From contig OX597823.1 of assembly GCA_951406725.2 (NCBI GenBank), forward strand, positions 59,210,001-59,274,000: 64,000 nt of DNA, in the 5' to 3' direction. The DNA comes from Octopus vulgaris. Lineage: Eukaryota. Numbering within the stretch: the stretch's first letter is position 1; the number at the start of each line of letters is the position of its first letter. The notes under the pieces are model-generated. The model saw nothing but the letters and a program-made list of their open reading frames with translations, had not been told where the DNA came from and ran no database searches. Positions 27,650 to 42,060 of the stretch are shown here, piece by piece. The position numbers were made by a program, and so were the translations under genes.

Positions 27650-27995
27650 CAGTGTCTGTGCAAGACCCTGCCTCAGTAAAGCTGGACTCAAGAGTCATCT
27701 TCGTAGTCATAAAGCGAGACAGATGAGTGACAACCTGGCCACTAATGGTGGTGTTACACATCATACTAATCATATCTGCCAGGCACGTGGAAGAGAGTGT
27801 AATTCGACATGCAAAGGTACATGAAGCCCAGTTACAACTACAGCCGGCTATTACCGGTAAAGGTTTTAGCTGCCAATTATGTACAAGACATTGTAGATCT
27901 TTAGCTGGGCTAAAAAGTCACATTCGATCACAGCACCAATAACAGTTAAGCTTCGTGCAATGTCCATGCTCGATAACGAGGGGGCAGCCATCATC
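27650..27995 (+). mobile_element. 3' end of an RTE-clade LINE with C2H2-like motifs
   Basis: CARPCLSKAGLKSHLRSH and CQLCTRHCRSLAGLKSHIRSQH, followed by an RTE-like tail 'ctcgataacgagggggcagccatcatc'. Confidence 0.7.
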
Positions 27996-28366
27996 TATGC
28001 ATGTATGCAGATAGACAGACAGACAGGTAGGTAGGTAGACAGGTAGGTAGGTACCGACAGAATAACGAAGGCAAGTGTAATATTGTAACCAGAGAAATCT
28101 AACAGATTAAAGTGTTTATGCTATGTCAAAAATCTTTGGGGGCATTGATCTAATGTGCCTAGCTAACATTGGGGAAAGGCGAGCGTCATGAATATAATAA
28201 TAGTGTAATATTTCACTGTTTTTGATTACTCTTCAGATTGATGTATGATGTACTTCCATTCTTATTTAAGTTTCATTTAACATCTCTTAGATATGGAATC
28301 TACACATTGTAGATTCCACATCCAGTTAAGACACAGTCAGAGCTAAGGGACAGAAGTGAACAGCAG

Positions 28367-28744
28367 TGGCTCAGTGGTTAGGGCAGCGGACTCGCGGTCG
28401 GAAGATCGCGGTTTCGATTCCCAGACCGGGCGTTGTGTGTGTTTATTGAGCGAAAACACCTAAAGCTCCACGTGGCTCCGGCAGGGGTGGGGTGGCCACC
28501 CCTGTTGTACTCTTTCGCTCCAACATTCTCTCACTCTTTCTTCCTGTTTCTTATACCCGACTTCCTACGCAACCGCTGAGCCTGGATGCACAATCATCCA
28601 TCCGTCGATGCTCTCGGTGTCGGTGGGGTTGACCTGCTTTCTCTTCTGCGGGTCTTACGAATAGCAAAGGGCCACGTTTCGGTCTTCTCCCACTCTGGGA
28701 CGAAGACCGCTTCGCTCAATAAACAAACAAACAAACAAACAAAC
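28367..28744 (+). mobile_element. tRNA-derived SINE family D with (AAAC)n tail
   Basis: A-box TGGCTCAGTGG, B-box GGTTTCGATTCC, GC/CpG-rich body, TSD-like aacagcag on both sides. Confidence 0.9.
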
Positions 28745-30201
28745 AGCAGCAACAATAACTGCATCAGCAAATAAAAAGCATCTCTCTGGTCCTTCAGCCT
28801 GCATGTTCTAACAAATTGTGAATTCAAGGAAAATATTCTTGGTTGCCTATCCATAATTTTAGCATATTTACTAAGGCACAGATATAGTCATGCTCCATCA
28901 TCAATATTAGCAGAACTTAGATCACGATGAACTTGCTTATTTTCCGCAAGATAACAGAAGATATTACAGTATCTTAATTAAAAGAAAGCCATGCTTAAGA
29001 TACCTTAATGAAATAAATAATAAAAAGAGTGTATTCACTCTCGCAAACGGCAATACAATAATAAGGCCATGTCTAAGGTTATTGATATAGCTTCATATGA
29101 AAAAATAGATTCTTCTCATCCATTTAACTGTGCTACAGAGAAACGAATGTGAAGTTGTCAGATAAAAACTATATTTCTAAAATCTGGAAGAATTCGAAGT
29201 CGTTTGAAAAATGAATATGGTGGTGTACATAGTTACAGGGAACATGGAATGTTGCGTGTCTGTAGGTAGTTCTATAATATCCTATCTAGCTAACATTAGA
29301 CCTGAAAAAGAAAGACAATATCTCAATGATTAGCGAAAAGCAGAGAGTACGCCGACATGGGAATATCAGATGCATGTGACTAACACAATGGATGACGAAG
29401 CTCTGAGAAAAAATCATTTGTATGAAGCTGTAGAATGGTATAGCTTCTAGGCATTAAAACGTAATAACATATCATATATTATCTCCTGACAGGTTCAAAA
29501 TTCCGCTATCCATTAATAATCTAAAAACTTTTGTCAGCTTTGTATGGTAGAGAAAATATTTATGCCCATGTACAAAGAAATAATTTCATGTAAACACAGT
29601 AAGTTAATTTCTTTATGTCCATAGGAGAAGACTTGTTTTATAATATATTAACCTATCGCAAGAATAATATCTTCATTTTTATCGATAAACATATTCTTTC
29701 TTCATTATTTCATTCATTCATCACAATTTATTCACAATATAGGTTAAAGTGATATCCATTTGGCATTCTTTCTTCGACACTTTTATAAAATTTTATATTT
29801 AATCTTTTCTCCTGATATATAAGCAACAAACTATTCATTTTTAATGAAATTTATCTTTAGGGCCCTTTAAATTCAAGTGCTTCACACCTTTCATATTCAA
29901 CTTTTGATATCAGTATCCATTAAGCCTTCCACTCACAAAAATTCACTTTCCGCTACTCTGTATTATGATAATCAAACATGATGAATGTTTATGATGTATT
30001 TATACATAGTTACATAAACTTCAACGTTATTATAATATCACAAAATTTTAAAGGATATTTTTCAACATTCTCCGCACTACCAATGGTTAGTTTCTGAGCT
30101 GTAGTATCTTGTTTGAGTATTTCAAAATGTAACCACATGTGGATCGTTGGCGATTTTTCTCCTCCGTCTTCCTTTCCTCTGGGACTTTCCTCCGTCTCCT
30201 G

Positions 30202-30233
30202 TTTCTGATGAAGAGCTTTGCTCGAAACGTAAA
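30202..30233 (+). ncRNA. Minimal hammerhead ribozyme motif in a Penelope pseudo-LTR-like fragment (~30120-30330)
   Basis: ttt CTGATGA a GAGC ttt GCTC GAAA C GTA aa; palindromic ACGT in place of stem III. Confidence 0.75.
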
Positions 30234-30636
30234 TGCATCTTTCTTTCCTTCCCTGAGAGTCTACTTATACTTTGCATGTACCACGTTCTCACGCTGTTTT
30301 TTTCTTTGTGCTTGTTCTTCATTTCTTGGGATTTCCTCTCTCTCTTTCTCTCTCTATATGCTCACTCTCTCTCTCTCTCACCGGACAGGCAAAAAAAATA
30401 ACAAAATACAGATTATTTGGGACAATTGTTTCGCTATTAATGAATTAAATGTAATTTTACTACAAAAAATCCACTTGTAGTCTAACTATCTGGATGAATC
30501 CCCACACCCAGATTTTACATAACGATAAATACACGTGTGGTTCAATTGATTACATATATATAAAATGCCCCTACTAACAGCGCGCCAAACTTTCACGGAA
30601 AACAAATAAATTAATTATATATATATATATATATAT

Positions 30637-31020
30637 CCGCAGGAGTGGCTATGTTGTAAGGAGCTTGCTTACCAACCACATGGTCCCGGGTTCAGTCCTA
30701 CTGCGTGGAAACTTGGGAAGGTGTCTTCTGCTATAGTCTTGGGCCGACCAAAGCCTTGTGAGTAGGTTTGGTACACAGAAACTAAAAGAAGCCTGTCGTA
30801 TGTGTGTGTGTATATCTGTGTGTCTGTGTTTGTCCTCCAACCATCGTTTGACAGCTGATGCTGGTGTGTTTACGTCCCCGTAACTTAGCAGTTCGGCAAA
30901 AGAGAACCGATAGAATAAGTACGACTTACAAACAATAAGTCTTGGGGTTGATTTGATCGATTAATAGCGGTGCTCCAGCATGGTCGCAGTTAAATGAATG
31001 AAATAAATAAAGAATAAAAG
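30637..31020 (+). mobile_element. SINE family B
   Basis: Full-length homolog of 15450-15853. Confidence 0.9.
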
Positions 31021-31030
31021 TATATATATA

Positions 31031-31069
<39 letters not shown>

Positions 31070-31107
31070 ATATATACACACAGACACACGCATACACATT
31101 TATGTAG

Positions 31108-31442
31108 CGCATGACTCAGTGGCTAGAGGGTCGCACTCACAATCACAAAGCCTTAATGAGTTCCATTCCCGGACCGGTCTGTGTTGTTTTCTTGAGCATG
31201 ATACTTTATTTCACCTTCCTCCAGTTCACTCAGCTGTAAAAATGTGTTGCAACGTCACTGGTGGCAAGCTGTATTGGCTTTTGCCTTTCCCTTGGATAAC
31301 ATCAGTGGCTTGGAATTGGGAGACTGGTATGCATGGGCGATTGATGATCTTCCTTAAACAACCTTCACTGGACTTGTGCTTCGGAGGGGAACTTTCTAGG
31401 TACAAATCCATAGTCTTTCATGACCGAAGGGGGTCTTTTACC
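31108..31442 (+). mobile_element. SINE family C
   Basis: Homolog of 11865-12148; degenerate A- and B-boxes. Confidence 0.8.
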
Positions 31443-32703
31443 TATATATTACACACATACATATACATACATACATACAAATACACATACATACATGCAT
31501 ACATACATACATACATACATACGCATATATGATTTTCACCTTTACCCAATGTTAGCTAGGCACATTAGATCAATGCCCTCAAAGATTTTTGACATTGCAC
31601 AAACACTTTGGTCTGTTAGATTTCTCTGGTTACAATATCACACTTGCCCTCGTTATTCTGTCGGTACCTATCTACCTACCTACCTACCTAACTACCTGCT
31701 TGCTTGTCTGTCTGTCTATCTGCATACATGCATACATGCATGCACATAGGCTAGTAGAAAATCAGTAGAAAATATATACCGAAATATATACATACACACA
31801 CACACACACACGCGCACACACATATTACTTATCCTACAATCTAATAAGTATTGAGTCCTATTTTGTAGTATGATATATTTAAACTTCAGTTCAATGTGCG
31901 ATAATTGTGTATCTATTGTATGTATGAGTGAGTACAAATCCTAGTTTATACTCAAATGAAGAAAATATAAATTTGCATGAATATATACACACAAATATAA
32001 GTACAAAGCATATACGCCAGGGCTAATAAATGCATATTGTTTTTTTTTAAATATATATGTATTGATTTGATTTTTTGTTTAGATCCTTAGATTAGGTTAT
32101 TTCATTATATCGTTCTGGATTCCGTATAATAAATATATATTTCAAATTTGTATTACATTCTATAGTTTCGTGTTCTATTTAAACAATAATTATAATTTTA
32201 TACATACATACACATATACACACACATATACGCACACACACACACATACATCATACATACATATGCAAGTGAAGTTCATGAATTTCGGTACATTTTTATA
32301 CTTTTATAGGTATTAACCACTGCGTAACGCCTCCAGTTTGTTAAGACTATGATTATACAGGCATAGACACATACATATATACGTATACAGACATAAGTAA
32401 TATACATATATATGAAACAGCGAATGTTTATTTACATATGTATGCATTATATATATATATATATATATAAAGCGAGAGAGCGAGAAATTGACAGACAGAC
32501 AGATAATAGGTAGCTAGATAGATTCACTTTATTTTCTTTGTCTCAAATTAAAAATTGGAAGTTCAATATTTAACACATATTGCTATATGAGAGCATGCGT
32601 AGGCGTGTATCTGAGCTTAAACTTGTGAGTGTATATATCTATGCATAAATACATGCGTGTATGTATGCTTATGTAGGCTTCTATGCTTGTATATATTTGT
32701 CCC

Positions 32704-32752
<49 letters not shown>

Positions 32753-32766
32753 TCGTATATGCATAC

Positions 32767-32802
<36 letters not shown>

Positions 32803-32830
32803 ACATATATATATATATATATATATATGT

Positions 32831-32871
<41 letters not shown>

Positions 32872-33600
32872 TATTTGCATTTATATTCACATATACACAT
32901 ACTTATATAAGAGTGATGAATTCTGAATGAAAATTTTGAAAATAATGTATTTTACAATAATGGTTATTTAAAAGTTATTTACAGCCAATATATATGTGTG
33001 AGAGAGAGCGTTTGTGCGTCTGTTTCTGTGGAAATAAATGTGTTTTAGAAGTATCAGCTTTATAAATGAAAGAGATATTTTGTATATAATGTGAATATGA
33101 ATTTTTATAGTTGATAAAATACACTCGATTTTCTTTGTATCTAATTCAAATGTAAAGTTCAATATTTAATACTCAATTCAATATCCGATATGTGTTTGTG
33201 CCTGCCTGTGTGAGAGAGTGTGTGGAAGAAAATGTATATTATATTGCAGTTATTTTGTAGTGTTAAACAAATACGTATTACAAGTTACCGAAATTTATTT
33301 TATATGTGAAGAGGAGCGACAACACAAAATATTTTTTATTCGCAACAAATATGAAATTTACGGGGAAGCATGACATAAGATTTTTATTATGAACAATGAA
33401 AAACATTCAAATAATATTTCTATACATTAGGCATGTTTTCAATGTTTTATTAGTATTTAGATTAATTTCGCGCTTTCTAATACCAGAAATATGAAAACAT
33501 ATAAAACTGCATAACAGTTACTTTTCTCTTGTCTCCCTCCTTGTCTCTCAATCTCTGTCTCTCTCTCACGTATACACACATACATACATACATACATACA

Positions 33601-33632
<32 letters not shown>

Positions 33633-33715
33633 CACACACACACATATGTATAAGTATATATATTCTTTATTTTTATTCTTTTATTCATTCCACCCATGCA
33701 GCTGCGCTCATGTAG

Positions 33716-33784
<69 letters not shown>

Positions 33785-34149
33785 GAAATAGGAGGTCCTT
33801 GTTACAGTAATATATATTTAAAACATGTCTAGAACTGGTTTTTCAGATAATTTTTCTTTAATAATAATTAGATGTATAGGTTATTAGGTAAACAATTAAT
33901 AACTTATAAGCATTCATTTAGCAGAAAAGCCATTTCTATTCATCTTGCAAATATATATATACACACATACACACACACATACATTTAAATATGAAATTGA
34001 AGCTGCACTAGAATTACTAACGTTATCAACCTCATATACTTAACATAAAATACCAGTGTATTTGCTGGTAGGCTGCTCATGGGATGGTGGTGAATACTCT
34101 CTCAAAGCGTTGAGGTGAGATGAGTGAGTTATCTCAATCCCATTTAGGA

Positions 34150-34196
34150 GTGATGGACTACGATGTGTCGCCCTTTTTATGACTCGTCAACATCAC
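34150..34196 (-). ncRNA. Degenerate hammerhead motif between ~125-bp direct repeats
   Basis: GTGATG TTGACGA GTC ataaaaag GGC GACA catcgta GTC CATCAC; 6-bp stem I, two core substitutions. Confidence 0.55.
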
Positions 34197-34439
34197 GTCC
34201 CCGACCATGATTGGAGATGAATCACTTCACCAGTTCATAACTTATATGATCGATGCATGCATGCAAAACCTCGTGCGCATATGCCCGGATAATGCTTGTG
34301 TAAAAAATAAATTCAAATGTGAAATAGAAGCAGGACTAGAGCGATAAACATTATCAACCACATATACTTAACGTACATACTACGAGTATTTGCAGTTAAA
34401 CTGCTCTGGCGTGGTGGAGAATACTCTCTCAAAGGTGAC

Positions 34440-36200
34440 AGTGCAAGCATCTTGGTTTACTTGATGTTTACTTTAATGCCAAATCGATGGTAGGTCATAG
34501 CAAAGTTCTTCACAAATTGTTTTTCTTTTAATGACTGCTTTATCGCCAGCATATTTACGTTCTGAAATGCGTTGCATCTATATAAGACGTTTGATCGAAG
34601 TCTACTTAGATTGAAAAGTCCACCATTCCTCTATCTTATGATAACTATTAGGTTGTCCGGAAAGTTCGTGCCCATTTTTAAAGGAAAGAAAAATGTCAAT
34701 AAATACTTGCCATTACATTTTTAATCAACTAAATACGAACCATTTTGTTGCACAATGCGCCTCCATCATTCCTTTAAAGGTAAAAATACCCTCTTCCCAG
34801 AATTGAGGTTGTTTCATGGCAAATAATTCATCAAGGTATCTTTTTACGTTATCCAAGGAATTGAAATGTTTACCATTAAGACTATTGTGCAGAGACCTGA
34901 ATAAGTGGAAATCCGAAGGAGCAATATCTGGTGAATATGGAGGGTGGGGTAACACATCCCAGCCGAGCTGCAGCAATTTTTGTCTCATCCCCAAAGCATC
35001 AAGTGCCGAAAATGAGCTTTCTTACCTTCCATTTTAAACGGTTACATAATTAACACAGGTTATAGGAACATAAACCTTCTTCCACGAAAAGATAGCTTAA
35101 ACTGTGCTCTAAATGGAGGTGTAGTCAAATCCTATTTTATGGGCTCAACCATGTTCTAAAATAAGTCGAAATTTAAGCTACTATAAACCGGCATGAACTT
35201 TTCGGAAAACCCAATAGATTGTCTGGACAAATTTCGTGTAGTATTATAGTCAGATACAAGGAGAATAGCGTTGGTGCCAAGACGCATCCTTGTTTTAGTC
35301 CGCTCGTAGCTGGAAATTCTTCTAGCAGCGTCTTTTGGGTAAATACACGTTTAGATATTTTCATAATTTGCTTGCACCAGAGAGATAAAGTGGTCGGGAC
35401 ATCTGAAACAATAAAGCACCTTTCAGCTGTTGCGACGCTATCAAATGCCGTTTCTAAGTCATAGAAAGCAAGGAAGAGAGGAGGTTTTGCTGTTTCTTGT
35501 TTTTCTCTTAGAGTTGTCTTACACAAAAAATCATACCGATTGTGCCACAAAAGGCATGGAATCTACATTGAGATTCTGGTAAGATCTTTTCGGCGATGGT
35601 CTGGAGCCGAATATTGGCAAAGACCTTTCCAGTGTTGGAGGATAATAATATTCCTTTATAGTTTTCGCAAGATTTGCGTCACCCTTTTTCAAGTTTGTTA
35701 TAATGACTGCATCTTTCAGTTCTTTAGGAACCTGTTGGGATTCCCATATCTTCAGAATGAGGGTGAAAATGTGTGTTTGCAAGACTAAGCCTCCATGTTT
35801 GATCAGTTCAAAAGGGATGTGATCTTGTCTTAAAGATTTCTTTCATCTCATTTGCTTCATAGCTTACTTGAATTCTTGAAAAATTGACCCACAGCTAAAG
35901 AGCAGAATTTAGAACGTTTCTAAGGAAGTCCTCAGCTGTCTTCGAGTTTCTGTCGAGGAGGGTGGAAAAATGTTCCTTCCAGCGTGTTGTGGATTGGTCA
36001 GGATGTTCATGTTGTCAGCTGCTTGAAGGGATGTAGTTGATGTTTGTGCTGGTCCAAATAGTTGTTTCGTTAGAACATAGAAATTTCTGAGATCAAGTGC
36101 ATCTGATTTTTGTTGCACCAAATGTTCTGAGGTTCCTTAATTTTGTTCGACACTCCTGTTTTAGCTGCTGGAATTGCTTCATTTTGATTCGGTGTTATGT
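34440..36200 (-). pseudogene. Degenerate RTE-clade LINE reverse transcriptase, interrupted by a mariner
   Basis: KIWESQQVPKELKDAVII..KKGD, FYDLETAFDSV, GLKQGCVLAPTLFSLYL; beyond the mariner, GGLFNLSRL, YAGD and RFGIKVNIK*TK. Confidence 0.9.
34648..35214 (-). mobile_element. Internally deleted mariner element with both TIRs and TA duplication
   Basis: TA-ttaggttgtccggaaagttcgtgcc ... ggcatgaacttttcggaaaacccaa-TA; N-terminus MEGKKAHFRHLML joined to the C-terminal WDVLPHPPYSPDIAPSDFHLF. Confidence 0.95.
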
Positions 36201-36231
36201 GATGGTCTTACATGATATATCATGTTTGTCC

Positions 36232-36269
<38 letters not shown>

Positions 36270-36294
36270 AAGTGTGTGTCTGTGTGCGCGCATA

Positions 36295-36337
<43 letters not shown>

Positions 36338-37129
36338 ATCCACAAAACAAGAAATCCCTCCTAAGATATATATGCAAGAATAAGATACTTAGCCATAAGA
36401 AATTTCTGGAATTAATGTTTTAACGTTGCGGTGGATTTGATGAAGGGGTAACTATCGAACAAAATGCATTATTGTATTCAGTTAGAGTGATTCAAATCTA
36501 CTTACAAAAATTTTGAATTTCTCTATTTACATAGATGTGGAATCTTAAAAACTACTCCACTCTGAAAAGTACGTTCCGTGTCTCAACATTTGTCGTAACA
36601 CCACGGATCTCCTGCCTTAAATTTCCTATCCGCGTTACAAGTCTGGAGAAGGTCTCTTTTTAATATACATCAACAATTGTCCCCTCTGAATTCCAACGAT
36701 GTTGCCCGAGTGTAATACAAGAACCGTCATAGCTTGGTACTAATACTATTGTAAGTATACCGCAAGCATACAAGCCGGAATGAAATCATATACTTCCTTG
36801 TCCGACGTCCTGAAATCTGCCAATCCACTACGCTGAACTGACTTATTTTATTTATCGATTTTGAAAGGTTGAAGAGTAACGTTGACCATGGTGGGACTTG
36901 AATTTAAAACGAAAATAGCAAGGAGAACACAAGAAATAACCATTTTCTGACTCTGGCCACTCTGGCAATGTCTCCTTATAGTGATTAACAGTCGAAAAAA
37001 TAATAAGTTTTAATAGCGTATCTCAGGCACTTTTTATGAATTAAGTAAATGTAACTCATAAAAAGCAAAAACTGAGAGTATCGGGTTAGTTATTGCAATC
37101 TATTTCTATGAGAGAATGTTCACAAAATA

Positions 37130-37560
37130 CTACGTCCTATATAAAGTGACACTTGCTGAAACAATATGGAATAAAATAAGAAAGATAGCCATAACAATAA
37201 CCGATAAAAAAATGAACAGACCAACTCTGATCGACCACAAGAATATTGGTGAAGCTTGAAATAATATCAGCTTACAAATCAAGCACAACCGCCTTGATAT
37301 CGTTATCTGGAACCACAAAATATAATCATATTTGGTCACCGATATCAGCTGCACACTCGAAAGCAATACCAGTAAAAAATTATACCGGAGAAAAAGATAA
37401 CTATTAAACATCGATCATTGATAACGTATTTATAAATTCATTTCCCAAAATTTTCGTTCAGCATCGTCCAAAAAATCATTAAAGTAATGTGACTTATGTA
37501 AATCTACCGTATACAAATTCAAAATATGTCGAATATTCAGTCATTGGAGAAAATACGTAA
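37130..37560 (+). pseudogene. Old RLE-endonuclease LINE fragment
   Basis: IKHNRLDIVIWNHKI*SYLVTDISCTLESN resembles the RLE (H)NRPD..D motif; boundaries approximate. Confidence 0.65.
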
Positions 37561-38039
37561 GTTTATAATTCACATACTGCTATATAGGATAACTATTTTC
37601 ATTGCTTAGTCAGCGAACACTCAGACTGGAAACCCAACTCGAATACTTGCAACGAAGTGGACTCTGCTAAAGGCACCCAACGTAACGGAAGGTGGTGTTA
37701 TTTCGAACCACGGAAAAAGTGCACCACTAAACTGCCCCATGCTAAACTGAAGTCAGAACACAGAATGGTGGGACAAATGCATCTAGGTATCTCGTCCAAT
37801 GCTCCAACTCCAACAGCCTTGAATTGGTTCTTTAAATATGGACCCGAAAGAATGAAAAGCATGGTTCACCTCGGTGAGATTTTTAACTCAGAATGCAAAG
37901 AGTGAAAATAAATAGAGCAACGCATTTTGTCAAACCTCTAAAGCATGCGGCCAACTTTATCGAACTTAAAATTCTAAACGCAGATCTATATATATCTATA
38001 TATACATCAGTCTATGTACATATGTATGTGTATGTATGC

Positions 38040-38088
<49 letters not shown>

Positions 38089-40102
38089 ATATATACATTT
38101 ACACACATATATATGTATGTACATACTGCATATATATGTGTATGTGCGTACGCGTATGTGTATGTAAGTAAATAAACGGAATCTAGGGAAACTTATTGTT
38201 ACTTGTTGCTGCAAAATTGATATAAATTTTTATGAACTGTAAAGTTTGTTATAGTCATCTACCGTTTTTATGGCAAATTTGAATAATAATTCTTCACATA
38301 AATTACAATTCCATGCTAATAGTTTAGAAAATCAAAACACATTTTTCAATTCACAGCATTTCAAGATATCGTATCTTTATGCCTGAAATATATTTAATGT
38401 AAAAGTCAGTACTAGAATCATTCATATTGATAGAATATGCAATATAAATGATGGGAAAGAAATTGCCCCAGCATGGCTGCAGTCTATGACTGAAACATGT
38501 AAAAGCTAAAAATAAAGTTATATATTTATGATCCATTTCTGCTTTACTTTTATTTTTTATCCCTAAGCCTCTTTTCTTGAAGTCCATTTCTCAATAAAAT
38601 CCAAGTGCAAATACTAAAATGTCAAAAGAAAAACATGTAATAAAGTTTGTATGGATTGTTGATTGAATGTGTTTTAGCTAATTGACTTGACTGAAGTATC
38701 GTATCTTACCTGAACGTGCGATTTCTTTATTTATATCCCTCAAATCTTAATAATTTCAACCAGCACAATATATCCTTTACATTTCATAAAATGAAGAAAA
38801 GCTCAGGATAACTACACTAAAATATAAGAAAATCACTATCAAACATAACAAATGTCTATTACCATCATCATTTGCCAAACAAATATCACTATAGTTTCGA
38901 CACCTGCCTAATATCATTCAATCCAGCGGTGTCAACAGCATTAAAAATATGAACCTTGGTTGGTTACCCACCAACTTATTACTACAAGTAACACTAACAA
39001 AGTAAACAAATAGTAGTAACTTATAGTTACAAAATAGTCCTTATAAAACAACAAACTTATCTCAATTAAGAACATTCAGAAAACAAAAGGACAACATGTG
39101 AGTATGTGTGTTTGTGTGTGTTTATGTGCGTGCGTGCACACATACATGTACATATTGAAGACTGCTTCAGAGAGTTGTTTCAGTAAATACTGAAGTACTG
39201 GAACTACTGTTATTATTGTTATAAAGTAAAGTAGTGTACTGTTTGGTAGAATCATTAGGGCATCAGACAAAATACGATGCCGTGTTTGTTCCAAGCCTCA
39301 CGTTCGGAGCTACGTTCCACTTGGCATTTTGTACTTCTTGAATCGATACGTTAAAATGCCAGTCAAGTACTGTGATGGATTTCATGAACATCATCCTTCA
39401 TATTTCCGACCTTATATCTATCCTGATCGTAATTATCATAATATAACCTTACACATGCTTTTAAACTAAATAAAGAACATTTAGGCAAATAATGTTGTAT
39501 TTTACAGAGAGAATATATATAATAGTATGTTATACAAAACAAAATTTATATTATTGGCTTCATGCTTGATGTTTGATTCGGATTCTGTGCTACTTCAAGT
39601 TTCGCAATCACCTATCGGAGCCTATCTCCTAAGGCTGGTGAAAGATCCGAAACATGTATGTGTGTATGTGCGTGTGTTTGTGTGTGAGTGTGTGTGTGTG
39701 TATGATGAATGCACATACAAACACACATGCACATACACACACACTCACGTACATGCACACAAATACAAAATGGCTGACGGTTAGTAAGGAGAGACACAAA
39801 TAAGTGAGAAGAAAACAAAGGACCACTCATGCGGTCACAGGAGGGTGACGAAAGAACTCTGGCCGAAATAAGATTAAGATTAATGTAAAAAATAAATAAC
39901 ACTGAAGCAAAGTAACACCAAATATATAGTGCGTGTGTTTTTATTGGCTAAACTGGCAAAATGTCCATTCCGAAATATAACAATATCTGTTTCAACACAC
40001 GACTTCACATAAAAAATCTTGCACAACAAATATTTAAACGTATTTATATATATACATATATATATACACACATAATATTTACACCTATATACATGTGTAT
40101 AC

Positions 40103-40157
<55 letters not shown>

Positions 40158-40162
40158 TATAC

Positions 40163-40200
<38 letters not shown>

Positions 40201-40201
<1 letters not shown>

Positions 40202-40462
40202 ATATTCAAGAAGTGGAGAGTGTGAACACAGAAAAAATCAATTTATTTATATAATAGTCAGTTTCATGTAGCCTACGCACGTTTCAATTTTCACCTTCAT
40301 TCATATTTTACAAATTACATAAAGAATTTAAAAGGTAAAATCTCTTAATTGTAATATGTGAATGAAGGTGGGAATTGAAACGTGCGTAGGCAACATGAAT
40401 TTGGCTATTATCTAAATTATTTGATTTTTTTCTGTGTCCACAGTTTCCATATTCTTTATATT
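40201..40462. repeat. Fold-back element (~110-bp imperfect inverted arms), probably Penelope-derived
   Basis: 'catgtagcctacgcacgtttcaattttcaccttcattca' versus 'tgaatgaaggtgggaattgaaacgtgcgtaggcaacatg'. Confidence 0.8.
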
Positions 40463-40700
40463 ATATTATTGAATTTTAATCTCCTATATCGGATATATGA
40501 AATTATCTATAACGACAACTGGAACTAAGAGTTAAGCAATAATGTCGAAGAATCATCAATAAACATCAATACTAACACAAATTAACAAATTCCAGGAAAA
40601 TTAATCGATAAGGAGATATACCGGTGTACATTTGGGTGAAATACATCCCTGTGAGAGAGCAACCTCTTTCCATTCGAAACTTCATAAACATTCGGTATAT

Positions 40701-40779
<79 letters not shown>

Positions 40780-40790
40780 CATATATATGC

Positions 40791-40829
<39 letters not shown>

Positions 40830-41668
40830 AATATATATACACACATATATACATACATACACACATACACACACACACACATATATATATATATACATTC
40901 CTACATACATACATACACACATACATACATACATATAAAACAGAAGTGCTAAATCTAAATTCTTTTAGAATTTAATAAACTTCTATAGAAATGATAAGTA
41001 GCCACTAAAATGAAAAGCTTCCACGTGCATACAGATTTTATGGTTAGATCTATACCATTATTCTGCTTGTCAACACATGGAACTTTTAATTTTAGAACAA
41101 AATCAATAATACGCACAGCATATTATTCATATTATTCGTAAGGTAACGTTCTGGAAATAAATATCATATATATATATACATACATACAAACATACATACA
41201 CACACATATGTATATGCATATATATATATATATATAGATAGATAGATAGATACATTCACACACTCATACATATATGTCTATGTATTATATATCATATATA
41301 CACACACACTTATATATATGTATGTATATATACATTATATGTAATATATATATGTATATGTATGTATGTATGAATGTATATGTATATGTATGTATATATG
41401 TAATTGTATGTATGTATATGTTATTCTTTAAAACGACCAGTATAGACTGTGACTTCGAAGTTTTGAGCTGCTAAGTGATCATCAAACTATGAGATATTTG
41501 AGTTCATCTTGATTTTAAGCAGTCTCTATTATGTTACAAGTTTCTCAGGTACATTGAGTCCTGTTCAATGCTAATAAGACTTTATGGTAGATAATGAAGG
41601 CAAGTTATGGAGAATTTTATTTGTTGAATTTGGGCATGTGCTACTGTTCACAACAAATTCATGCGTGT

Positions 41669-42060
41669 AAGGCGGCGAGCTGGCAGAATCGTTAGCATAC
41701 CGGGCGAAATGCTTAGCGGTATTTCGTCTGCCGTTACGTTCTTGAGTTCAAATTCTGCCGAGGTCGACTTTGCCTTTCATCCTTTCGAGGTCGATAAATT
41801 AAGTACCTCTTACGCACTGGGGTCGATGTAATCGACTTACTCCCTTTGTCTGTCCTTGTTTGTCCTCTCTGTGTTTAGTCCCTTGTGGGTAGAAAAAGAA
41901 ATAGAAATAGATATTTCGTGTGTTTTTACGTTCTGAGTCCAAATTCCGCCGAGGTGTACTTTGCTTGTCATTCTTTGCCAGTTGCGTACTGGGGTCGATC
42001 TAATTGACCGGCCCACTTCCCAAAATTTTCGGGTCTTGTCCCTAGAGTAAAAAAGAATAT
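41669..42060 (+). mobile_element. SINE family A dimer (young-tail unit followed by old-tail unit) with TSD
   Basis: Single head; junction gaaata|gatatttcg at ~41910; TSD attcat(g/a)cgtgt at 41657-41668 and 42061-42072. Confidence 0.92.

Noticed and set aside
27650-27942. Host C2H2 zinc-finger gene
   Set aside because: The motifs are in different frames, lack TGEKP linkers, and are followed by an RTE-like tail.
28367-28430. tRNA gene
   Set aside because: A- and B-boxes are present, but the sequence continues into a SINE body with tail and TSD and has no complete acceptor stem.
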